Shown: positions 41,916 to 54,049 of the stretch, in pieces | How the letters are laid out: each line of letters starts with the position of its first letter | Numbering within the stretch: the stretch's first letter is position 1 | Assembly (NCBI GenBank): GCA_951406725.2 | Contig: OX597815.1 | Coordinates: 139,190,001-139,254,000, forward strand | DNA from: Octopus vulgaris | Lineage: Eukaryota | Length of the DNA stretch: 64,000 nucleotides | Direction of reading: 5' to 3' | The notes under the pieces: model-generated | Databases searched by the model: none | The model's input: the letters and a program-made list of their open reading frames with translations, nothing else | What the model was told of the DNA's origin: nothing | Translations under genes and position numbers: made by a program

Positions 41916-44243
41916 TTATTGCTTATTTAGCTTGGGTTCGAATTTATCAATAAAATTCTTTTCTCTGATTTTCCTCTCGATTTCACTTGGGCTGTGTAAT
42001 TTGTAGAATGGAAATATTATATATATTTTCCGACCACATGTTGCTAGGTGGTTACTCAAAGGTATCTGACGGACCTCTGGGTCTCTAATCTGTTGCCGGT
42101 GTACACGTGAGCGTTCTAATAGTGCGTTTCCCGTCTGACCTACATATATTTCTTCACAATTTGGGCATTTGATGCAGTAAATTAAATTTCTGCTTTTGCA
42201 GTTCATATTCGCGTTTGTGAATATTTTCCCGGTTTTTGTGTTTATATATTGACCGGTATGTATGAATTGGCATGTGCCACATCGGCTATCATTGCATTTA
42301 GATACCGTGAATGTTTGGTCTTTGTTGCTGAGGTCAAATTTTGCCTTTGTTAGTAATGTTTTCAAGTTTTTAGGCTGTCTTTTACTAAGCACCATAGCTC
42401 GATCCTTGATTATGTCTTTTAATTCATTACTTTGGGCAATGATTGGAAGGTTTGCTTTGGCAATGTTGAAGATATTCTGGTGACATGGGTTGTGGGTCAC
42501 TATGAATGGTATGACTTGTTCTTGTTTTCCTCTTCCTTGGGTTGTCCTAAGTTGTTGTATAGGTATTTTTATAGCCCGCTGTATGCCATTTTCTATAAGT
42601 AGAGATGGGTATTTTTGTTTGAGCAAAAATTCTCTTAGTTCTATTAGGCGTTTGTTCCTGATATTTGCATCTTCTACAATAGTACAAATTCTTCTGGCTA
42701 GGCAGTATGGGATGTTACGTTTTGTATGTGGTGGATGGCACGACTTAAAATTTAGGTATTGATGTGTGTCTGTGTGTTTATAGTATATATCTGTGGTGAT
42801 GGTGGTGTCTTTTTTAATTACCATTATATCCAGGAATGGTAATTTGGTACTACTCATCTCCTTTGTAAATTTGAGAGATGGGTGTAGGTTGTTCAGGAGG
42901 ATATTGAACTCTTCCAGAGTATTTAGAGATTCTGTCCAGATTATGAAACAGTCGTCTAGGTATCTCTTCCATGCCTTTTCAATATACTTTCTAAATCCAG
43001 TGCCATAGTTTACCTCCACCTCTTGGTAGAGTTGTTCTTCTAAGTATCCCATTACAGAGTTGGCGTAAACGGGAGCAAACCTCGTTCCCATCGCCGTGCC
43101 TCTAATTTGGATGTAATTCTTTCCATTGAAGAAGAATGTGTTATTTTCTAGAATAAGTTTGACTGTGTCTAATATAAATGGCACTGTGAATCTGCTGGGA
43201 ATCACTTCTCTATGTTTTTCTAACCAGTATTTAATCGCCTTTATTCCTAAATCGTGTGGAATATTGGTGTAGAGGCTTACCACATCAAAACTTAGCAAAA
43301 CTGAATTTGTTTCTGTTGTTTTGGGAAGATGGGACAGGAAGTCGATGTCATCCCTGATGAAACTTGGTATGTAAGTACATAGTGGTTTCAAAACAATGTC
43401 AATAAAATTGCTTAGACGGTGTGTAGGGCATGCTGGACCAGCTATAATAGGTCTAAGTTTTAGGTCTTTTGGATGTAATAATTTTATGTACTCACTTTCT
43501 TGTTCTTTTACTGCCTGTTGAATGTTTTTTGATTTGTGTATTTTTGGTAAGCCGTAGAAGTTGCTGGGTTTTGGTTCAAAATTGGTGATGTAGTCTTTTT
43601 CATTATCCGTAAGTGAGTTGTGGTGTGTTGAAATCAGGTTGTTGATCTTTTTCATGATGTGGTGGTCTATATTTGCGGGTATTTCACAATAGAAGGTTGT
43701 ATCCTTCAGTTGGTCTTCAACCAAATCCTTATAGTATTCGGTATCCATAATAACAATTGCACCACCTTTATCTGCTTGTTTAATTATAATTGTTTGATCG
43801 TTTTGTATACGTTTACATGCAGACATCTCTGATTTGCTAATGTTTGGCCTAACATTGGTATTGCGTCTAAGGGGAAATTTAGACAGGATATCAATGTATT
43901 GGTCAAGGTAGTTATTTCTTCCTTTTGGTGGGGTGAAATTTGATTTATTCCTTACTAGGGATTCATCAATCTCATTACTTTTGTTAGCGAAGAATTCTAC
44001 AAGTCGTAATTTTCGACAGAATTTTTGGATATCCTCCTTTAATTCTTGGTGGTTGGCTGTTGGTGTAGGTGTGAATTTCAGTCCTTTTGACAGAAGTTGG
44101 ATTTCATCATTGTCAAGATCTCTTTTTGATAAATTAATTATTTTAGGATCTATACGTTCAGTTGTTTGGGGTATGTTTCCTCTTGGATTTTTTCTTTCTC
44201 CGGTGTTTGTTGTCCTGACGTAAAAAAATGGATTTTTTTCTGG
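41916..44243 (-). CDS. Penelope ORF2: reverse transcriptase plus GIY-YIG endonuclease (frame open ~775 codons; first Met only at 43826)
   Basis: IINLSKRDL..EIQLLSKGLKFTPTP, IIKQADKGGAIVI, FYGLPKIHK, LRPIIA, FDVVSLYTNIPH, QIRGTAMGT, RYLDDCF, LPFLD, C-x4-C-x2-C linker, LIYCIKC..C..IYVGQT..L.ER; read by hand, no stop between 44243 and 43826. Confidence 0.95.
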   Translation of the reverse strand, partial: PEKNPFFYVRTTNTGERKNPRGNIPQTTERIDPKIINLSKRDLDNDEIQLLSKGLKFTPTPTANHQELKEDIQKFCRKLRLVEFFANKSNEIDESLVRNKSNFTPPKGRNNYLDQYIDILSKFPLRRNTNVRPNISKSEMSACKRIQNDQTIIIKQADKGGAIVIMDTEYYKDLVEDQLKDTTFYCEIPANIDHHIMKKINNLISTHHNSLTDNEKDYITNFEPKPSNFYGLPKIHKSKNIQQAVKEQESEYIKLLHPKDLKLRPIIAGPACPTHRLSNFIDIVLKPLCTYIPSFIRDDIDFLSHLPKTTETNSVLLSFDVVSLYTNIPHDLGIKAIKYWLEKHREVIPSRFTVPFILDTVKLILENNTFFFNGKNYIQIRGTAMGTRFAPVYANSVMGYLEEQLYQEVEVNYGTGFRKYIEKAWKRYLDDCFIIWTESLNTLEEFNILLNNLHPSLKFTKEMSSTKLPFLDIMVIKKDTTITTDIYYKHTDTHQYLNFKSCHPPHTKRNIPYCLARRICTIVEDANIRNKRLIELREFLLKQKYPSLLIENGIQRAIKIPIQQLRTTQGRGKQEQVIPFIVTHNPCHQNIFNIAKANLPIIAQSNELKDIIKDRAMVLSKRQPKNLKTLLTKAKFDLSNKDQTFTVSKCNDSRCGTCQFIHTGQYINTKTGKIFTNANMNCKSRNLIYCIKCPNCEEIYVGQTGNALLERSRVHRQQIRDPEVRQIPLSNHLATCGRKIYIIFPFYKLHSPSEIERKIREKNFIDKFEPKLNKQ

Positions 44244-45332
44244 TTATGATTTATATTCCTGTTGATGTTTGCTTGATGAATTTTGCGTTTTGGTTGTGGT
44301 ACTTTACTTGGTTTCGTTATGTTTTCTGTCTTGTTTTTGGTATTATGTATGCTACTTTTCAATTTCTTGTTAGCATTGTTTTTAACCACCTGGAGAAATG
44401 ATCTGGGTTTACTTCTAGATCTAGATCGGTTTTTGTCCAGTTTCTTGTGGGTAATCTCTGTTGAGGTCTTGAAAATGATCTCCTGTTATCTCTACTGCTA
44501 ATGGTTTGTTCAAAACAATATCTATTTTGTTTGTGCTTTTTGTTCATGTTGTGTGCATTAGGGTGTTTGCATACAAAATGGGAAGAGTTCTTACCGTAGT
44601 TCGTCTTCGATTCGTGGTGAAACGGTTGTTCATGTTGCCACGTGTTCTGGTGTATGTTGCGTTGGTGAGGTTGTCCACTTTTAATGCTATTTCTCGGAGT
44701 TCTGGTGTCTTTACCGTAATTTGTAGCATATTTGTCGAGAAATAATTGTTTCCGCTGCCAAAACTTTCTTGATCTGCTTTCTTCTTTTGAGATATCTCTG
44801 ATCCATAGTTCTCGCATTTTTTCTGCTATATTGCCGGTCGTTAGTTTGGATATTTCATCTCTGATTTGATCATCGATAGCTTCGTATTTGGCTTTGTAGC
44901 GGGATTGTTTAGACAGGGTAATGGAGATGTCGGTCCTGAATTTTATCAAACTAAGGTCCCATCGAAGTTTAGTTTCTTCCTCTGGTTCTCCTGCAATTTC
45001 TTTAATTAGGTACTTCCGAGGAAGTATGGGTGCCGCTAAAGATATCCATTTCGAATGTATTTCAGCATATTTTTCGCATTTATATGCCTTCCAGAAGTTC
45101 TGTTTTCTTATGTTAAGGAGTTTTTTCCATGTCTTCTGTATCTCTTCTTTTTTCGGTGTGCCTCTTTTTCCAGATTTCTTTCGTTTATTTCTGACATCCA
45201 AGGAGGTTGTGGTAGGCTTTCTCTTGTAGATTTTATAATTGTTGGTATCATTTCAGCTAAATTCTTAATTTCAGAGTTTATGTGTTCATTTCCAAGTTTT
45301 CCGTCTGTAGACTGTTTTTCTATTTCCTATTT

Positions 45333-45336
<4 letters not shown>
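44150..45336 (-). CDS. Penelope ORF1 (helical/coiled-coil N-part, basic low-complexity C-part) with at least one internal frameshift
   Basis: 280-aa ORF 44359-45201 continues in another frame as ...RSRSRSKPRSFLQVVKNN...KKIHFFTSG (44150-44389); overlaps the ORF2 start. Confidence 0.65.
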
Positions 45337-45380
<44 letters not shown>

Positions 45381-45590
45381 ATATATATATATTGAAATGG
45401 ATAAATGAATTATCTTGTTACGGATTATTCAAAATTTAACCGATACCTGGGTAGCAAAAATCACAACAGAAAAAACACGGTTGAGGTTACAACCATGGGG
45501 TGTCGCAACAGTGCCTTTGCGCGGATAATTGAAGTTTTATATATTTAGTGAAGGGAAGAAATGGAGCTGAACGAAGATTCCTTTTTATTA

Positions 45591-45674
45591 TTTTCTACAC
45601 ATGTTTCAAAGGCTGCAAATTTCCAAATTCGGATTGAATAAGGAGACCATTTTGCAGCTTTCTCTTCAGGAAAA
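45591..45674 (-). ncRNA. Type I hammerhead ribozyme with long stem II, in a ~315-bp (TA)n-flanked element (45392-45706)
   Basis: UUUUC-CUGAAGA-GAAAGCUGCAAA...UUUGCAGCCUUU-GAA-AC.augu.GU-A-GAAAA; canonical core. Confidence 0.82.
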
Positions 45675-45701
45675 ACCAGGAATTTAAATCTCCAAACAAA
45701 T

Positions 45702-45745
<44 letters not shown>

Positions 45746-45948
45746 ATATATATATAAATTTATATAAATAAGGATAAGATCGTTAATTTAAAATAAAATA
45801 ACGAACCTATCAAGTGGAAAAAATAACTTTCAAAGGTAATAATTATTAGAATTATAAATTAGGATATCTACGATATAGCAGCCATGAACCGACTCTAAAA
45901 CCACCTTAAGTTTTCATATAGCAACATGTATCTCGTAGATGTTGGCGA

Positions 45949-46124
45949 TTTTTTTCCTGTGTCTTCCCTACTCTGGATCTTTTCCTTCTCCTATGTTTCC
46001 GACGAAGGGCTCCGTTCGAAACGTTAAACCCTCCTTCTTTCCTTCTTTCCCGAGCGTCCAATAATACTATATTTGTTCCACGTCCTCGCGATGTTGTGTT
46101 TTTTGTGCTTTCTTGTTTGGATTA

Positions 46125-46128
<4 letters not shown>
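45949..46128 (+). mobile_element. Short element family B with hammerhead-like motif (45995-46029)
   Basis: gttt-CCGACGAA-GGGC.tcc.GTTC-GAA-ACGT-T-aaac; ends at (TA)n; homologue at 28709-28895. Confidence 0.7.
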
Positions 46129-46171
<43 letters not shown>

Positions 46172-46296
46172 GTGTGCGTGTGTTTGTGTGTCAGCATGTG
46201 TGTCTATATGTATATATGTATGCATTTCACCTATGATTTTGGGTCGTGAAACTTGAGTCTACTCTACTCTTTCCCTCTATTTAACCATCTCACATC

Positions 46297-46344
46297 GTCT
46301 CTAATGAACGGATGACCCTAATATCCCAGAAACAGCTGTAAGAC
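46297..46344 (+). ncRNA. Decayed hammerhead (G5A), element family D
   Basis: gtct-CTAATGA-acggatgaccctaatatccca-GAA-ACAGCTGT-A-agac. Confidence 0.6.
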
Positions 46345-46411
46345 TAACTTTCTCTTTATAAATGTCCTGAAAATTCCACAAAACCATGGCTTTGTTGTCT
46401 CATTTTATGTA

Positions 46412-46455
<44 letters not shown>

Positions 46456-46553
46456 GCCATACTAATACAATTGTTTGTTTGTACTCCACCTGCCTTCGTC
46501 TTTTGTTTATTTTCGTAAGCTTCCCGTTATATATATATACATATACATATATA

Positions 46554-46600
<47 letters not shown>

Positions 46601-46678
46601 CACATATATATAGACACGCACTCACACACACACGTACATACACGCACGCAAATACACACACACATAAGCAAAAACTTG

Positions 46679-46733
<55 letters not shown>

Positions 46734-46746
46734 GAATATATATGAA

Positions 46747-46895
46747 GGGCTTCTGCATAGTTTCTGCCCACTTAATTTACACACAATATTTCAATGGGCT
46801 TATAGTGGAAGACGCCTTACGTGCCGAGTAGAGGAACTGAATCCGAAATTCACATACTTGTTCAGTTAACTTCTTAAAACAATCATGCCGGCACC
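46747..46895 (-). mobile_element. Old SINE family 1 head fragment
   Basis: gggcttct..agtttctgcc..tatagtggaagac..ggaactgaatccgaaat resembles the family 1 right end. Confidence 0.55.
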
Positions 46896-46993
46896 TATAT
46901 GTATGGCTGTATGTATGTATTTGCGCTTGTATGCATGTTTACATCAATGTAGTGTGATTACATTTATGCATATTTACATATATATATTTATCG

Positions 46994-47036
<43 letters not shown>

Positions 47037-49344
47037 TGTAGTATGATTGTATGTATGCATACTTACACATGCATACGCACATATATATATACATATATAT
47101 ATGTCTAGTCTGTATACCTGTATACAAACACACACAAACATATGAGTGCCTAGACATTTTTGTTTTAGGATTTTGCGTTTGAAAGGATCAGTTATTATAA
47201 CATTCTGTCGGTCGGCGAAATAAATTCGTAAAATGAAGTGCATCGTTGATTTAATACATACTCATTTCTCTCTACTGCATAAATGTGCAGCCACATATAA
47301 GCATTTCCCTTGTACTTACACTTTATACATATATTTATCTTAATGTCCCTTCATAAATATGAATTTCCACTGATACATAAGCACTCAAGCATCTTGTTAT
47401 TTTCAGAGAGCAGCATCCACATTGTGTGATAGATTGTAGCAATAACGTCCTACCACCTACATATAAAGTGAATGGTGTTTCATATAATATTTTTCGCCAA
47501 CACAAATATTTCTCGCCTGCTTAGTAGAATTATCCACTTCTTGCACATTGTTGTAATAACCAGAATACGGTCGTTGACTCGCAAGATAATTCCTTACAAT
47601 ATTCATAAGTGCCATAAATAAAAAGGTTAGCTACCGTTGACGTATTTTAGGGCGGTTTTAGACCGTTGCTATCAAACCTAAAGTGCATTTCATGAATAGC
47701 GTCTCTAGTTTTCTGATAAACATGGCGCTAAGTAAGCTTTAAACGTCATATTCTGTTCTTATGGCAGTATTTGAAGTCAAAAATTAGTCACGGGTATTTG
47801 TGTGTAAACGTATATGTATGATTTCTTTTTCTAAATTGTAAAGACACATATGAATGTGTGCACAAAATAAAACCTAGAATTTATGTGGTCTTGTAGTTTA
47901 CTGGGCATTATTTCTGAGATTGCTTATTTTACATAAAGATTTGTATCTACTTTCTTTATTGCTATTTCGTACATGATACAAATATGCGTTCACGCAATAC
48001 GAATGCACGCACGCACGCACAGACACATACATAAACACACATGCACACACAGGCACACACACACACGCACGCATACACACATGTATTGTGTGTGTGTATG
48101 TATCATTTACATACATCAAGTGTGTATACATGTGTTGGATATATCTGGTGATGTTTGCACTAAAATGAATACTAAAATTTCAAACAGATTTTTGCATCGA
48201 TTTAAAATTTTCTTTCCTTATTAAATTATTTAACTGGTTACACATTAAATTTTCTATGTAAAAATACATTTAAAAGAAAAAAAAGTGGCATATAGCTGGC
48301 TATAAGCCACTATAGCTGGCTATTTGCAGAAAATATGCGTGAAACTGTGTTATGCCATGTAAAGTTAAGGACATTACCAGCATTAATGAAAAGAACAACA
48401 GCGATTTTCTAAAGTGTTTTTGATATTTCTATTAAATTTATTACTACTATTATTGTGGAATAATGTCTAAATATGATGTAACTCTTCTCTCGCGTTTTCT
48501 GTTAATAAACATCTTAAACCGCATTGGCAAGTACGTCATATGGAAGTTTGGCAAAGATTCAACACTAAGTTACTGCCTTGTCCTTTTCTACTTCTAAAAC
48601 GAATTTCGCCCAAATCTCTAACACACACACCTCTCTCTAATTATTGTTTTCTGAGATTTCTTATCGATTTCTTATGTTTTCTCACTGTCCAAGCCTATTT
48701 CCCTCTGTCAATCACTAAAAAAAAAAATCATTAATAAACTGAGAATCCTTTGAAGATGCAGGCATGTTTGTTTTAAGAAGTTAACTGAACAAGTATGTAC
48801 ATTTCGGATTCTGTTCCTCTACTCGGCACATAAGGCGTCTTCCACTATAAGCCAATTGAGATATTGTGTGTAAATTAATAAACTGATAAGCTTTTGAAGG
48901 GCATGTGTGCAATTCCTTTTGCATGAAGAAACACACACCCACGCATACATACACACTTGCTCACAGATACACGCAAACACATATACATACACATATACAC
49001 AAAAGAAAATATATGCACCTAGAGCTAAATACACATGAAAACACACCTACATGCTCATCTTATTCACATAGCCAGACTACCTATTGAGTGAATGAGTGGG
49101 TTTCACATATTGGCTTGATTATCTATTGACTGAATCGAGTTATATCCAGAGAGATGAAGGTAAGGTCAGATTAAGAGTTATCCAACACCTTAATGTACAT
49201 CTCTGCGTGTTTATGTAGCAATGTACATTAGTATATTTTTTAATACACGTCAGCCTCGTAGAGTTCAGCAGAGTAATTCCTAAGAAGTTAGTCAGGTAAA
49301 ACATACTTAAGTTATTGCTCAGACTCGGTGATATTCACGAAGTA

Positions 49345-49590
49345 AATAATAAAGTTCCTTCCCTGTATAGACTCATAGGATCAGTTTCCCAGTTTCCATG
49401 GTGCATATATATCTTCCACCTCGACAGTACGCCGGTCTGTGGAAGGATAGCTAATTTTAGCCAGCTGAGTGGACTTGGACAACATGAAATGAAGTGTTTT
49501 GCTCAAGAACACAACGCGTCGCCCGATCCAGGAATCGGATGAACAATCTTACGATCATGAGTTCAATATCTATTCACTAAGCCATATGCC
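49345..49590 (-). mobile_element. tRNA-derived SINE family 3 (CORE/V-like central domain)
   Basis: Minus strand GGCATATGGCTTAGTGAATAG...CGATTCCTGG...GTTGTGTTCTTGAGCAAAACACTTCATTTCA..CCACTCAGCTGG. Confidence 0.65.
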
Positions 49591-50176
49591 ACCACCACAA
49601 AGGGATTTATGCTTTAGAAATGGATTATATACCTTTTTGAAAACATGTGGCGGACTAACTACTGTGCTCTTTGCTGCATACGTAGCATGTCTGATGAGTT
49701 TCAGTAATAGTTTTATTTACACGGATATGGTATACTTTTGTGCCTGTAATTCACAATAGTTACATGTCATGATCAATGAGAATTAGAAAAAGAAACGGCG
49801 GCATGACATTAAGGAGACAGAATGAAGAAATAGTAAGGCGTCCTGAAGATTTCAGGTAACAGAGCGAGACAGAAGACATTCGATAAAAAATACTTTGTTA
49901 TATTTGGTTGTGTTCCTTTACTGTGTTCTAATCCAACTAAAACCTTACCGCTTCTATTTACAATATTGATTAAATAGTTACAACAATATACTCTCCACAA
50001 TTACAACGACAATATCCCTTGGTAAACAGCTGTAGATTTGAGTAAACAGAAGAAATTAGTATTATTCAACATACCACATTGCAAGAGAGAAACATCATTT
50101 CTATGAGACTGTTTAAATAGACTCGAATTATAAAGCCTGTAATCATGCTGGGGTAGAACACCGTTTATGTATCTGC

Positions 50177-50380
<204 letters not shown>

Positions 50381-53300
50381 GAGATTTATGGGCTTAGCAA
50401 TTTTTCGTATGCAGGCTATTACTGGTTTCGCATAAAAAACAGACCGTAGGCAAATATTTGACAATTCATCAAAATTTGAGTCCTCTCAATACTTTGTTAT
50501 AGAACACGATATCTGCACACGTCCGCGTGCGTACTCACCACACAAACGTACACACAGCGCGCGCACATTCTCGCATCCATATAGGCGATCATATTAACAA
50601 CTGCACTATACATCTCTTCTAATTCTCTCTTCTCAAGTCAGATAAGATACATATTTTTCTATGTTTGTTTTATTTTCTCTTATTTAAAGCCTGCTATTTT
50701 ATCTACTTTATAATTCCTCATTCACTCAGCGATAGAAGAGTAACATATTTGCTAGCGCTAAGCTCTCAACCAGCAAACTATTCCATTCATGAATAGTATT
50801 CATCAGTGAATTTGTTGCATTTTTTTTTACCTAATGATACGAATGCTTATAATATTTAATGTCGTTTGAATGCTACAGTCATTGAAAAGGAGAAAATAAC
50901 AGAACAATGCATTTCTGTTAGAAAATTAATTTATTTATAGATGAAGTGACTTTGCGATGGATTTCACGGGGTTTTAATAACTTGAAATAATATTCATTCC
51001 TTGTGCAAGAGAACAAGATTATCGATTGAATAAAACAAAATGCATACCTGAAGCAACTGCACATTATTCATTAATTGACAATAACCAGGAAAATGGTGGT
51101 GTCATGTAATATTTTAAAATAATTCATAACATAATATTGCTATTAGAACTAATTATTTGAAGTGTTAGTTGAAATGCTAGTTGCTTTTGATTTTGATAAG
51201 TTTATGGAGTGTAAGTACTTTGCTCTAAATCCTCATAGAAAACGTTGAATTCTTTGTTAGTTACAATTGTGTTCGATCAAATGCATTCGTACTTATTGAA
51301 ATTCATGTGTAACTGGTTCAATATTCCTCAGACAACATATTTTTCACGACATTCGCAAACCGAATCAGTTATATAACAATCCTGAATTATAGGTACAGTT
51401 CAAACACAAAATCGAAACAAAGAGAGATACTCGAATTTTATGTATGAATTATACAAGATGTCTCTGTGACATGATTTGAACGTAAAGAGCAAATAACTAA
51501 AGCGTATTAATAGCATATTACATGCGACGATCTAATGGTTCTTTCAATTCACATGTTGACTAATTCATTACCAAAATATATTCAGTCGTAATTGTAGACT
51601 ATAGTTTTATGTCTGCAATATATCTGTCCCATATTAAAAGTAAGCGTTAAAGATTTTCAGTAATAAATCTAAATTCTTCCTCAGTTGTTGTATGTGACAA
51701 AGTATGTAGTTCCATGATTTACTGCTCTAGCAGCAAACAAAATATTTATCTATGAGACTATTTATCACATATTACAGATTTGGTAATATTAAGATATCTC
51801 ACTTAATTACATATTATCTTTACGTCTTCGCGTCACCAATATGATGTCCAATTGTGACAGGCAGTCAAGACTTCTTGGACATAATCTTGATATGAATGCT
51901 GACCTTGAGTGATGAGTCGCATACTGAACGATACCACGTAGACTGATTGGCGAGAGATATTAAATAAATAAACAAAAAACTAAAGCAGCATCTACTTCTA
52001 ATCAATTGGAAATATGACATCATTTGCAAGTGGATGAATGACTGCCATGTGAACCATGCATTGTGTAAATTTCTGTCCAAAACATAGTAAAATTATGTTT
52101 AATGGGAGTGATGACGATTGTATTAAAATGTTTGCAATATTTTGGTTAAAGCCACATATGATTACTAGAGATAAATAATACGTTAGACAATCATAGTCGC
52201 ATAAATGTTGCTTGGAGAACTATGAATAGTGTCAACCAGTAAAAAATATGATATTTACAAAGATTAAAACCTACTCTAAGAAAAGTTATTGGTTGATGAC
52301 AAACTGATTATTTACATCTATAATAGTAATTTCACTGCCATACAAAAAATTAATAACGTTAAGTTATGGCTTGAGATTAAATCTGGTAGATGAAGAATCT
52401 TATAAACACAATAAGAGAAACCGTGGGGACACTAAATATTTGACTTTATAAGTGCGTAACACCGCTACACAGTAAGTTAAAAGAGAGAGATTGATTGAAT
52501 TAACATTAATATATTACTGATACGTTTTTCATATTCCTTGGAATATAATTAAAATCACATCAAAATATGGTATGGCTTTCAAAGCATAAAATATGTAAGC
52601 AAACTTCAAATGATAGTTTTTTTTTTCTTATTGTGCCATTATGATGAAGATTTATAATTTCAAGTCTTTCAGATATTCTTTGAAGTGAGAGAAAATGGGA
52701 TTGAATCAACCCCCAACTTCTACATACAGTATACAATAATTTTCCTATAAAATACCACTAAAATTATGTTACTTATTTGGCATGAAGGCTACATGCAGAA
52801 GTAAGTTATCTTCGTGTTTTAATGGGTGTACATGTGTGTTTTGTTTTGCTGTTGGATGACTGAAGTATTAATTTACCTTCATTTATCAGACATCCCAGTC
52901 ATGGAAGTATTTTTCTCTGCTAGATAATATTTATCTGTTAGTAGTTTCAGAAGTAACAGAGTCTATTAGTAGTTTCAGAAAGCTTCCTAGAAACAAAGAC
53001 AACTAAATTCGAACTCTGAATTCTTCCATTCGTTTGGCGAACGGTGTGTACGAGTGTGTGAGTGTGTGTTATTGCTGCTTTTGTTGGCTTCTGTTTTCAT
53101 GTCATTTTCTGTCAGAAATGGTTATATATTTAGCTACATGAAATATATGCTTCCACTGAGGTATTAAAGTTGTTTTCTTTCTTCTGTTTACTGTCTAAAA
53201 AATCGTATTTGTTTACGTTCAGCTTTTTGGGGATGGTGGGACTTAACGCTGTAGCTATTTTAGTTTTTACGAGTGGCAGAAAAGAACGATTTCACAAATC

Positions 53301-53407
53301 GAGTCTTTATTTCTCACAAATAAACAAAACTTACTACAAACAATTTAATTATTACAGGAATAAATTCACGATATGGAAGAATTATAGGAAACGTCCTATT
53401 ATCAAAA

Positions 53408-53445
<38 letters not shown>

Positions 53446-54049
53446 ATAATAATAATAATAATGATAGTAATAATAATAATGATAATAATCATAATAATAA
53501 TAACCTACAAAAGCTACATGGGATGGAGTACACGCAGTTTTTGGTCACATTCTCTTCTATTGGTGGTTTTACTCGCAGGAGATATTAGCGAAATGTTGTA
53601 TTACACTTGAATACTGTCCTGATGTCATATGGGCTGCATATCTCTTGCATCTTCTCGGAGAGTCCTTTCACATAGAGTAGACAGACTGTGGACAGTTTAT
53701 TGAGTTCATCTTCTGTTTTCTTCATAATTGGAGTGGACAGTATATTTTTGGGGTAGTTGTTATGGTGATAATGATAAAAATAAAAAGAAATAGTAATATG
53801 CTGCAGCTGCTAATACTAAATACTACTAATATTACAATAATACTATTATGATAGCACTATAACTAATATTATGATAGCACAGGAATCTGATGCCCAACGA
53901 CCATGCTTACCACTAGAACCACCCCTACTAATGTTGCTGTTGCTGCAACCACAGCTGCTACAACACACAAAAACAATAATATCAGTGATGATAATAATAA
54001 CAATGAAAGGAAAAGGGTGGAACCTCCTCATGTACTCATTAATGATGCA

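Larger units (their letters stand above)
41243..45336 (-). mobile_element. Penelope-like retroelement (Neptune-type layout), 5' truncated, bounded by (TA)n on both sides
   Basis: ORF1, then RT-Zn finger-GIY-YIG ORF, then a ~670-nt 3' region with a hammerhead. Confidence 0.93.

Noticed and set aside
42262-45408. Plus-strand ORFs over 42-45 kb
   Set aside because: Antisense shadows of the Penelope ORFs
51908-51950. GTGATGA...CTGA as a box C/D snoRNA
   Set aside because: Only about 40 nt between boxes and no convincing terminal stem
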